Shown here piece after piece: positions 23,380-34,363 of a stretch of 64,000 nt of DNA. The DNA is from Takakia lepidozioides (taxonomy: Eukaryota > Plantae > Bryophyta). The DNA is taken from positions 73,718,001 through 73,782,000 of the forward strand of contig CM060731.1 of NCBI GenBank assembly GCA_030704615.1, written 5' to 3'. A model generated the notes under the pieces. That model searched no databases. It had not been told where the DNA came from and was given only the letters and a program-made list of their open reading frames with translations. A program made the position numbers and the translations under genes. Numbering within the stretch: the stretch's first letter is position 1; every line of letters starts with the position of its first letter.

Positions 23380-26300
23380 CTAAAACTCCTCACTTTTAGT
23401 GAGGATTTCTACCCCCTTCTCAGTTATGAGCAATGAATGCTCAAATTGCGCAGACAGCCCACCATCCTCTGTCACCACTGTCCAATTATCATTCCACATC
23501 ACTTCCTTGATACTCCCCATCGTCAGCATTGGCTCTGCAACATCCGTGATGTAGGAGAATGAGCAGGGCAACCTCAACATATTTGGACAGATTTACAAAT
23601 ATTGCTAGTAAACGCAGTTTTGTTCCAGTATAAGAGCTGAGGCCAGTTTTTCAAATCTGTTCAACTCTTTAATAACTTCATAGTGCAATTCAAGGCCAGG
23701 ACTGCAATTGGACAATTATGATCTTACCAATAGTAAATGTTTGGCCGACTACCATGCGCCCAGGTTGATTGTTCCCTGCCACACACCACCATATTGTGAA
23801 CAAACAATAAATGTAGGAACAAGGCCAGGCTTTCCCAAAGCAAAATCTCACTTAAGTACCACCCTCTCATCAAAGATCTCGTGTGCTCTTGACCAGTGTG
23901 GCACCACACAAAAGCTTCTTCTTGTCTAATTGTGGAAACTCAAAACAAAGGGATTGGAGTACTCACTGAAATGTAGAATGGAGGGCCCTGAATGAAAGAC
24001 TGAGCCAACACCGTGCCCAACAAAGTGCTCCACTACACCATAGTTGAACCGGTCTGCTATGTCACTGCATATGCCCCGTCCGAGGTGGTGGATATGATCA
24101 ATACAACATTGTAGCTGCTAACAAGTTCAATCATAGCATTCAGGGCCTAGGTTTCTCAGGAGAAAACATAGGCCACTCACTTGATGACAGAGCCAATTTT
24201 CTTGAATTCCACACCAGGTGCACAAATAGCAATGGCATTTTCCAGGCATTCCCTTGTCACCTGCCAGCAAACAAGAATTTTCGTGTAAAGCAGTGCCATT
24301 ACTTGGCAAAATGGTGCGAGTAAACCAGACTGTCTTTGTTCCATCCTTGCCCCATGTTTGTTCTGCATTGACTAGCAGATACTAACGTCTATTGTCCATG
24401 TAATGCCAAATAAGTCTGGAGATTACAGAGTCAGAAAGGTTAGGCACCCACTTCAACGAGCCGTCTGGCATCATCATCCACATTGCCACAGAAAAAAGTC
24501 TTCGATGTGTCCCCATGGTACCCCTGCCAGTTCCAAGCACAACCCTCAAAGCTCCTCGATGAAATAATAAATTTTCTCTTTACATAGCAAAAACTTGAAA
24601 AGGATGAAATCTTTTCTCCAGGTCATTAAGCCCACCAAATGTGGGTACCACCATCTCCATGCAAACACCGTGATTCCTCTGACGAGTCGGGATAATATTC
24701 TGAACAGTCTACTTGTGTTAGGTGATCTAAGATACGGTGTAGGTTCTTGCACATCAAGATAGCACTGACCTCACTTTCACAACTAGCCAGATTATATGCT
24801 TGCAACTACTTTGCTAGGAATAATATACAAAAGAGTGAAGGTTATTGAGTACATGGAAAAATTGCAAAATAGCTTACGTTCAAATAAACTGTCACATCAA
24901 TGTTGACTATGTCTCCGTCCTGGAATGCGCCCAACTCAAATTCATCAGAGAGATCACCAAAGTAATAGTGAAGAAAACATATTTAACACCCTGCTTAGAC
25001 CTGTCCATAGCAAATCAGAGACCTATAAGGTGACTGGGAGCAGCACAGGAGAATAAAGGGAGGAAGCAGGAGTGAGAGCTCAGCACCCACGCTCAGGTTC
25101 AGTAGGAGGCTGGCAGATTAACAAGACAATACCTGGAGAGGACGGGAGTCTGGAATGCCATGGCAGATACACTCATTCACAGAAGTACAAACGCTTTTGG
25201 GGAAGCAACCATAGCCGAGAGGTGAGGGATAGGCCCCTGCATCGATGATCATCTTGTGCACTGCCTTATCAATTTCGTCGGTCGTCACTCCTGGCTGTGA
25301 CAACCCTACCCTTAATCAGCTCCTGCTCATGCTGTCTGTATCTAAATGTACCAAGTTTGTATTTTTTTGACTCACTGAGACTGTGAGCTGACCAGCACAC
25401 AATCAATTACTCTTCAAATTTCATGCTGGATCATCTGCACCAAGATCATGTGAATGACATTTACTGAAGCAACTCACAAGAAGGGCGCACGCGGAAGTTT
25501 TTCGAAAACCTCTAGCAGCCTGGCTAGCACATTTTACTGTGTCACCACAAACTCACTGAGTCACAGATTAATTTTACTTTGCTGGGAGCTAACCTTGACA
25601 AGAGTCCCAGCGAAATCACGGACACGAGCACCAAGCTCCCCTGCAGCACGCATGCCAGCAATGCCATCTGCATCTTGAATCTGAATTTTATCCAAAAATG
25701 GAGGCGCCTTAGTGGAGCCGACATAGGGGGGGCGCTGGATATGCTTAGGGACAGGCAAGCGTGGTGACACCTGGCCTTGCTGTAGCCTAGGTCGCCGCCG
25801 CTTGGATGCCGCCACCTGCTCCTCCTGCTGCTGGACTCTGCAATTTGTCAGCTCATCAATCCCAATCTCTCCGTCTCCCTCTCTCTCCCTGTGTGTGTGT
25901 GTGTGTGTGTGTGTGTTTTTGAAACCTTGTTTTAGCACATGACATCTTCTGCGGTGAAACCGATAATAAAGTCTCAGGATCAAGCAAAACGAGATCATCG
26001 TACCTGTGACTCTTGGTGATTTCAAATAGCAGAAAATGTGGGATAATCTATAAATCCAGGAACTAGGTACAGCCCAAAAACAGCACAGTTCTAGTCTTAC
26101 AGAGCAAACGTGTGCAGAGGGGTGTTGGGGAAGAGAGCATGCTGTGTTTTTTTTCGTTTTTTTCGCTCCTACATACTACAACAATGCCATACACCGTGCC
26201 ACCTCATTCGCAGACTCTAACAAAGGATGAAGAATACTCACCTTTTGTTGATGAAAAGTTCTGCAAATCCTGACCTCTTCTTGGCCAATACCAGCAAATA

Positions 26301-27219
26301 TCCTGACCTTTTCTGTGTGCCACCTGTGGCACATTCACAGCAGCATATATCAGGAATTAAGTCACATGTTGTGTACTGACTTGAGTAAACAGCCCACCGT
26401 AGCATGCCTGTTACAGTGCAAGCTCAATTTCTGAGAACAGAACGACACCAGAAGAAAAAACACTGGGGAGAGGTCTCCAAATTGTCTACCATGTAAGTAC
26501 ATATCTACATTACGCGAGGTTGGCTTGAGGGTGATAAACAATTGGTACTTCGTGATGAAGTTGAGAAGACAGCAGCCAATAGTTTTGCATTCATATACTT
26601 AGGTGATGGTCAATCTAGAGGCAACTGCAGCAAAGACCACTTCATGCTTGCACATGCTAGTCAAGAGCAGGGGCCACCACGTAACTAAGTTCCCTTCTTT
26701 GTCAATGTCGATGTCTGCTAAATTGGAGGTTTGCAAGCGGCAAAGTGATAGATGGTTGAAGCTCTCGAGCTCACATTTTACAGCAATTTAGTACCTGCAA
26801 AAGATATAAATGTGCTCGCCCAGTGACAGCCCCACCTAATAGTGCTGTGTGATACGCTTTTCTCCTTTCTTTTCCTTGGCTTGAGGACACCAATTTCAAA
26901 TTTTTGGAACTGCTTGGATTTCCAGTCTCGAAGTGTTCTTGGATTGATAGTTTTGAACGAAATCAGTGACGGATAGAACTGGTTAGGGATAGTATTGACA
27001 CTCCATCTCCATGGAAAGAGCGGTCAGAAGGAACTTACCTACTGAATCATTCGTCCCACTGGACCAGGAAAGCTCTGAAGACGGCCTGAGGAAAGAGGAT
27101 CTGTGGCTTCGGGCAGACTCCCAAAATGATGACGAGAATCGAGTAGACTTGGAAGCACAAACGGCTGAGGCAGGCCATGAATGTCGCGCCATGGACCCCC
27201 ACACCACAAGGGGCGCCAT
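23380..27219 (-). CDS. MAP1D: Methionine aminopeptidase 1D-like (organellar), 10 exons
   Basis: GT-AG exons at ~27219-27039 (transit peptide), 26323-26242, 25838-25594 ([18 protein letters not shown]), 25294-25133 ([20 protein letters not shown]-like), 24921-24880 ([14 protein letters not shown]), 24523-24452 (GYHGDTS), 24260-24181, 24065-23968 (FVGHGVG..FH), 23776-23729 (GQTFTI) and 23534-23380 (EPML..SAQFEH). Internal boundaries are approximate. Confidence 0.93.
25890..25915 (+). repeat. (TG)n microsatellite in a MAP1D intron
   Basis: Run of TG dinucleotides. Confidence 0.9.
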
Positions 27220-27742
27220 CTTTCGGGAAGTGAGGACTGAATTGCCGACAGGTATTAGACCAAAAACTCCTAGTTATGAATTCGCAGATTCAAGATCTAG
27301 TCAGCAAGGTGATGAATCTAGCAAGTAGCGATGGTCTGCTATCATTGCGACAGTCTCTACATCACTGCTGTACTGGAAATGTAGACAGGCAGTTGAGGAA
27401 GTTTGTGAACAGGCAGGCCTTCATCACTTCTTTTGACGTTGTGTTCTCATAGTAGTAGTCGCCGAAACAATTGTAACGTGCAATCTTAGAGTTTAGAGAG
27501 CCTCTTACAGTCGTGTTACCAGAGTTGACATGCTCCCTTTAGGGTTACATATACACTGAGAGATGAGATCTTCGTGGGAATGGGGAAAGAAGCTAATGCA
27601 AGATCATGTGCGACCGCCCAGAATAGGTCAGACCGCCTACGAGAGCAGATGGATCCTAGGGGACATCATTCTACCATAGCCTCGTGGTCTTTCCACGTTG
27701 TGCTAGCCCAGCCAACGGTATCCAGAGCTCCTTGTAGTTTAA

Positions 27743-28971
27743 CCCTTAAGTGTCAAAACTCATTTTCACCCTCTCATGGAAAAACATGACCCTGGCCCAC
27801 AAACAAAAAATTATCTAGAGAATCTCTGTGTCCCTGTAAAACTGACCGTTGGAATTACTTCCCACCTACCCCACCTCCTACCACAAAAAGTTTCACCAAA
27901 ATCCAACTGCCAGATCTGAAGATTATAAAGTGTAGAGTGGGGACAAAAAAAAATCTTCACTAAGACTAGGTGCAAAAAAAAACAGTTTTTTTGCTCGTAT
28001 TTGGGCATTTTTAATTTTTTTTCTGTTTGAAAGTCTCAAGAATGTTGTTCTATACCTGATAACACACATTCTCATAAAATTTCAGTTTTTTCTGAAATGT
28101 TCTCAAGTGGGCTCCTTTGTAGTGACAAATTGGGGGGTCAAAATATGCCATTTTCTTTGGGCAGGCCAAAATCTCTCTTCCTAGAATTATACAAAAAAAT
28201 TCAGCCAGTCAATCCCTAATCCCTCCGGTTGAAATGTCATGGGCTTCCATATGAAGTCCCCGAAAAACTTTGAGACCAATCAGCCAATGCACCACATCCT
28301 AGGATCCCTGCCCAAGACTTCAAATGGCACACCTTTGGTATAGCCTGCAGGCCTAGGATATTTGGAGCCGTAGCCTAGAAGGGCGCGGGGTTTGGGAGCT
28401 CCTCTGGCTACCCGGCCCTGCTTTCATGGGGGCCACTCCACCCGCAACCCTATCAAACCCCCTGCCTAGGTTTGGCCCACCCGAGATTTTCTCGAGCCGC
28501 GAGCTCTGCCGCCATCGCGGCTGCACTCCCTCCAGTCCGCCCTACTATGAGCCCATCGTGTTGGCTAGAGCAGCCATCTCCGTTGATCTCAGGTTAGGGT
28601 GCAGGCCGGGGAATACCCAGACCTGCGCAAGCCGCCATACCCACCAGGCAATCAATGGGTTGGGGGAAGCGTGCCGCCCATCCGTTTATGGGGTATCATT
28701 CATTCACCCTAACCTGACCGCAGTTGCCATGTCAGCAACTTGGGCAGGTTAGGGGTGCCAAAATGGCCTCAAAAGCTGAGTTGGCCCCCTTCCAATTGAT
28801 CGAGATCCCTACCCCTTCAGGCATTGACCAATTGGCCAATGCCATATGAAGGGGGACCCGATTATCTGTCAATTAAGCAAAAAAAAAGGCCAATCAGCCT
28901 TAACCACAGGAAGTTATGGCTGGTTACAGAAACCTAACCAACCCAAAACGGGTCGGTTTGACACTTAAGGG
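27743..28971. mobile_element. Non-autonomous piggyBac-like DNA element (1229 bp)
   Basis: Perfect 15-bp TIR CCCTTAAGTGTCAAA...TTTGACACTTAAGGG flanked by TTAA on both sides (27739-27742 and 28972-28975); no transposase ORF. Confidence 0.75.
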
Positions 28972-29798
28972 TTAAGCGTCTTCACAAGACGGTTCAATTA
29001 GTTGGGCCATTTCTTTATGAGGGAATATTGTCGCGGCCCTTTGCCTTGAGGGCAGGGGGTTGGGACACGTGAGGGGCTGCCCCTGTGGTGGTGGCAGTAG
29101 CAACATTAGTTGCGAGGGTTGAAGCACCCTTGAGTGCCCAAGGCACTCAAGGAGGCGGAGGCGCTCACTAGGTGGAGCCCCGCACACCGGGTTGCGGTGG
29201 GGGTGGTTCCACAAGGGGTGGTGGTAGCTTAGTGGGACTTAGTGGGGGTGGCATAGGACTCACCATGGGGGCGGAGACCTTGTGGTGGGAGTCGTGGGGA
29301 GTCTTGGCACTCATCACAATCCAATGGGACCGTGGTGGGTGGGCCAAGACTGTCCGCGGGGGTTTCACAAACAACCATGTCATTGTATGGCGAACCACCA
29401 CGAAAACCCTCGATTCCCGGTGATGAGTCGCGGTGAAGTATATATAGGGAGTAGTAACCCCGAGAACGGTGCAAGCCCGTTGGTGTCCAAAAACTAGTGA
29501 GTAAGCGTGCGAGCCGAAAAGCGACCAAGGTGTGGGGAGCTATTCCGGACTGCCATCGACCAAAGGGAATTTCCACTAGGCCCAAATTGGGAGAGGGTCT
29601 TGTGGAGGAGTAAAGGGGGACCGTTATGTCCCGGTGAGCAGCCGAAGCTCCGAGTTGGCCCGGCGGCCAGTTAGGGAGTTAGGCGCGCGCATCAAAGCGA
29701 GTAACTATGACTTGAAGGGGAGATTACCGAAGTGAGGTGCGCGATACTTGGTATCAGAGCTTAGAGTTCAGTACGCGATCGTCATTGGGATCGGCCTC

Positions 29799-31058
29799 AT
29801 CATGGGGTCAGGCAAGCCAAAGCGAAAGCGGAACGGCCTGAAAGATGATGATCCTGGTGAGCCCGATGGGGGCGACGTGTCACCGAAGCGGCCATTTGAG
29901 GAAGCAATTCATGCCTTTGGAAGCGAGGCCGCTCAAGGACGGGAGGAATCTGAGGAGTCGGAGCCCGAGGAATTCCTGAGAACTCCGACAGACCAACAGA
30001 TGCCTCCCATGCCAGCAGCCTTTTGGGAAGGGTTGTTGGCGCAATTTGGCGGGACGTTGAAAGACGTGTTGAAGGCGGCTAATGCCACTTCCACTAAGGC
30101 AAAGTTTAAGGTGAAGCCTAAGGAACCCGGCACCTTCGAGGGCGTCCGAAATCGGAAGGCACTCAACACCTGGCTCTTGGAGCTAGAGCAGTACTTCCGG
30201 GCGGCCAAGTTGAGTGATGAAGATCAGGTGGAAGTGACTCCCACCTATTTGAGGGGCTATGCTCAACAATGGTGGCAAAAACGCCTTCACGACCAAGGTC
30301 CAAACCCGGAAACCTTGAATTGGGGTGGGTTCAAGGAACTTATGAAGAGACAGTTTGTGCCCCTCAACGCGTCCTGGCTCGCCCGGGACAAGATGAGGAA
30401 TTTGAAGCAAACGGATGACATCCGGGGATATGTTCAGGCTTTCAATGTATTGTTGCTCGAAGTCGCGGACATGGCAGAACCAGAAATGGTCTTCAACTTT
30501 GTGGCGGGATTGGCCCCATGGGCCAGGCGGAAGTTGGAGAAGAAGCCACCTAAGACTTTGAACGAGGCAATTGAAAGGGCTAAATGTTTCTCGGATGTCC
30601 CTAGGGGCGAAAGGCAAGGCCGTATGGAGCTGAACCACAAGAAGGTCCAATGGGAGGGTGACTCCTTCCGACAGGAAAAAAAGTGGGATAGGCCACGCGG
30701 CGACAATGGCACATGGAAATCGAAAGGAGGGCCCTCGCACGTCAAGACGGCACCCGGTGCCCCGAAAGGAAAACCAGGTGCGGCGGCTTATGGCGGGCAA
30801 AAGGCGACCTTCGATGGAGTGTGCTTTAATTGCGGGGAACCCGGGCACATGGTCAAAAAGTGCGCGAAACCCCGACAATTGAACATGACTCGGGCAACCA
30901 CGAAGTTGTCCGAGGATTCCATTAGCCGCTTGGTGGAGGCAGTGGTTGCCAAGACTTGCAAGGTAGGCAACTACTCTTGTGAGTTGTATCAAGGAAACTG
31001 GCGCCCTGCGCAAATGGAGTCAGTTATTGTTCGTGAGTGGGATAATTTCTGGAACTAA
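29799..31058 (+). CDS. gag: Gag of chromovirus copy 1
   Basis: KPKEPGTFEG..WLLELEQYF, WLARDKMRNLKQT, zinc knuckle CFNCGEPGHMVKKC; the start codon is uncertain. Confidence 0.85.
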   Translation: MMGSGKPKRKRNGLKDDDPGEPDGGDVSPKRPFEEAIHAFGSEAAQGREESEESEPEEFLRTPTDQQMPPMPAAFWEGLLAQFGGTLKDVLKAANATSTKAKFKVKPKEPGTFEGVRNRKALNTWLLELEQYFRAAKLSDEDQVEVTPTYLRGYAQQWWQKRLHDQGPNPETLNWGGFKELMKRQFVPLNASWLARDKMRNLKQTDDIRGYVQAFNVLLLEVADMAEPEMVFNFVAGLAPWARRKLEKKPPKTLNEAIERAKCFSDVPRGERQGRMELNHKKVQWEGDSFRQEKKWDRPRGDNGTWKSKGGPSHVKTAPGAPKGKPGAAAYGGQKATFDGVCFNCGEPGHMVKKCAKPRQLNMTRATTKLSEDSISRLVEAVVAKTCKVGNYSCELYQGNWRPAQMESVIVREWDNFWN

Positions 31059-34000
31059 CGTGTCGTTGTTGGTGGACACATGAGCGTCACACTCCTTCAT
31101 GACACCGGCAATGGCACGGAAGCTGGGACTCCCGACAAGTGAAGTGGGGGCTTCTATTGAGGTGCGTTCTACTAAAGGAGAACCACAATTGGCGACGAGG
31201 TTGGCGTTCGATGTTCCTCTTCAGCTCGGGAGTTGGGAGGGACGTGAGAACTTCACCATTTGCGAGATCGATGGAGTGGATCTTATTTTGGGGATGACCT
31301 TTTTGAGCAAATCAGGAGCGGTCATAGATAGCCGCAAGAGAATAGTCACGCTACCGTGTGGGAATGGTGGCGAAGTTTTAAGAATGTCGGAAACGCCCAA
31401 CCCAGTGGGAGGGTGAATAAACATGTTGTCAGCGAAAGAATGGGCCGTGGAGGAGCCACACGAGCCCCAATTTTTGCTCTACGTAAGACAAGTGAAGGGA
31501 GAAGGCGATGAGGAGCCGAGCCCAAATTGGATCAAGGGGATTTTGGAGAAATATCAGGATGTGATGTCGGAGGATTTACCAAGCGGCTTGCCACCGCGAA
31601 GGGGAGTTGACCACAAGATTGAGGTGATACCAGGATCGGAGCCGCCTACCAAGGCGCCCTACCGGTTGAGCCACAGAGAGTTGGTCGAGCTGAAGACTCA
31701 GCTCAAGGATCTAATGTCAAAGGGGTACATCCGGCCGAGTAAGTCATCTTACGGAGCCCCGGTGCTATTCGCGGATAAAAAGGACGGGACGCTGTGGATG
31801 TGTGTCGATTACAGGGCTCTGAATAAGGTGACTATCAAAAACCGATACCTTTTGCCAATAATCAACGACCTCTTCGATCGGTTGGCAAGAGCGAAGTATT
31901 TCAGCCGGATCGATTTGCGCTCCGAGTATCATCAAATTCGAGTGGCGGAAGGAGATGAGGAAAAGACCGCGTGCATGACAAGGTATGGTTCCTATGAGTT
32001 CTTGGTAATGCTTTTTGGGCTCACCAACGCACCCGCAACCTTTAGCACGCTAATGAACAGCCTTTTCCAGGAGTGGTTGGACGACTTTGTGATCGTGTAC
32101 ATCGACGACATCTTGGTGTACTCGAAAACAAAGGAAGAGCACCTGGAGCACCTCAAAAGGGTATTCCAGAAATTACGGGAAGGGAAGCTGTATGCCAAAG
32201 CTTCAAAGTGCGAATTCGGGGTCACAAAAGTGGAGTTCTTGGGGCATGTGATTACACAGGATGGGATCAAAATGGATGACAGAAAGGTGAGAGCAATCTT
32301 GGACTGGGAGCCTCCGACTTCAATCCCAGGAGTGCGATCCTTCTTAGGACTCGCCTCCTATTACCGAAAGTCTGTGAGAAATTTCGCCAAGATCGCGAGC
32401 CCGCTGTCAGACCTCCTGTGTAAATCCAAAGTATGGGTATGGAACACCTTTTGTGGCCAAGCTTTTGCCGAGTTGAAGCAGTGGATGGCGGAAGCTCCAG
32501 TCCTGAAAATCCCGGAGTTCGACCACCCATTTGAGATTCATACGGATGCGTTGGACTTCGTGATTGGAGGTGTACTCATGCAGGATGGACATCCAGTGGC
32601 TTACGAAAGTAAGAAATTGAATGAAGTGGAGCGGCGGTGGCCAACACACGAGAAAGAGATGAAGGCGGTGGTGCATTGCATTGAGCTTTGGCGCCACTAT
32701 GTTGGTTCCAACCCGGTGAAGGTGTTCACGGACAATATCATGATGAAGTATTTTGCCACGAAGCCTAAGTTGTCCCCAAAACAACTTACGTAGCAAGACA
32801 CTTTGGCGGTGTTCGACGTGGATATCCAGTACAAACCGGGACGGGACAATGTGGTGGCTGATGCTTTAAGTAGAAAGCAGCAGCTCATGTTAGTGTACAA
32901 GGGCGAGACGGCGCTCCAGAGGAAGATCCGGAAGGCTTACCGGAAGGATGAGATGGCGAAGTCCGTGATGCGGGACTTGAGGATGGGGGTTAAATCGCAG
33001 TTCCACTTGCAAAATGGACTACTCCGGTACAAGCAAAAGCGTCTCTATGTGGCGAAGGGAGGGATCATAGATAGTCTCTTGAGAGAATGCCATGATGGCC
33101 CGCTTGCGGGCCACGGCGGAGCCAAGCGCACCGCAACACTCTTGAAAAAAGTATTTCTGGCCCAAACTAAGGGAGGAGGCCGAAAAGTATGTCAAGACAT
33201 GCACCACATGCCAACAAAATCGGAGCGAGTACAAAAAGCAAGCGAGGCTATTACAACCCATGCCGATTTCAGAGGGGTCTTGGGAAAGTGTCTCAATGGA
33301 CTTCATGACTGCTATGCCGCTGTCAAAAGGATTCGATGCAATCATGGTGGTGGTGGATAGGTTCAGTAAAATGGGTCATTTCATCCCCACCAAGGAGATG
33401 GCAACGGCGCAGGAGACGGGGCGACTTTACTTCGCCCACGTCTTCAAGCATCATGGACTCCCGAAGGATATTGTCTCGGACCGCGATCCAAAGTTTACTA
33501 GTAAATTTTGGAGGGTACTTTGGAAGAAAATGGGGACGAGGCTCAAAATGAGCACCGCCTTCCGACCTACGACAGACGGCCAAACGGAAAAGGTGAATTC
33601 CGTGGTGAAGCAGATCTTGCGGAATTACGTGTCGGCGGATCAATCGGACTGGGTGGAGCACTTGGATGCGGCAGAGTTCTGTTATAATAACACAAAACAC
33701 TCCGCAACGGGAGTTTCCCCTTTCGTATTGGTCTATGGAAAAGCACCTCTGGTGCCGACAAGTTGGGCCGCCCAAAACGTTGAGGAACCGGCAGCAGCGG
33801 CAGTGCTAGAAGAACGCGAGCGTTTGTTGAAGCTCGCAAAGTACAACATTGCCAAAGCTAGGAAACGGTATGAACGGCAGGCGAATCAGAAGCGGAAGGA
33901 GGTTAAGTTTGAGGCAGGCACGGAGGTCTGGTTGAACATCAAGAATTTTCGACTACCTCCGGAAGTGAATCCGAAGTTCGTACCTCCGTATGTGGGACCC

Positions 34001-34363
34001 TTTCGCATCCGGAAGGTTATGAATGAGGATGTGTATGAATTGGAGCTGCCGGCAAACAGCAAGGTGCATCCGGTATTCCACGTCTCCGTTTTGAAGCCTT
34101 ACTTTAAAGATGAAGCGCGTCCGAATCGGCATCAAGTGTTGTGTCCGCCACCTATGATGTTGGATCATGAAAATGAGCCTGGGTACGAGGTGGAGGCAGT
34201 GCTTAAGTCGAGGAGGTTCAAGAATCAAGAAACGGAGTATCTCGTGAAATGGAAGGGCTATCATCATGTGGAGGCATCTTGGGTGCGTGCCTCAGAAATG
34301 GGAAACGCATCCGAGGCGGTTACAGCTTTCGAAGGGCGACCTCAAAAGCGGAAGAAGCGTTGA
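31059..34363 (+). pseudogene. pol: Pol of copy 1 (protease, RT, RNase H, integrase, chromodomain), disrupted
   Basis: LVDT*ASHSF (protease motif interrupted by a stop), YIDD, IHTDA, VSMDF/IVSDRD/TDGQTE and the chromodomain YEVEAVL..YLVKWKGY..ASW; further stops and frameshifts. Confidence 0.92.

Noticed and set aside
29172-29423. Gly-rich ORF MEPRTPGCGGGG repeated four times in the window
   Set aside because: Lies within the LTRs; the repetition reflects LTR copies and the frames diverge
30183-31013. 276-aa antisense ORF in gag
   Set aside because: Shadow ORF of GC-rich gag; not maintained in copy 2
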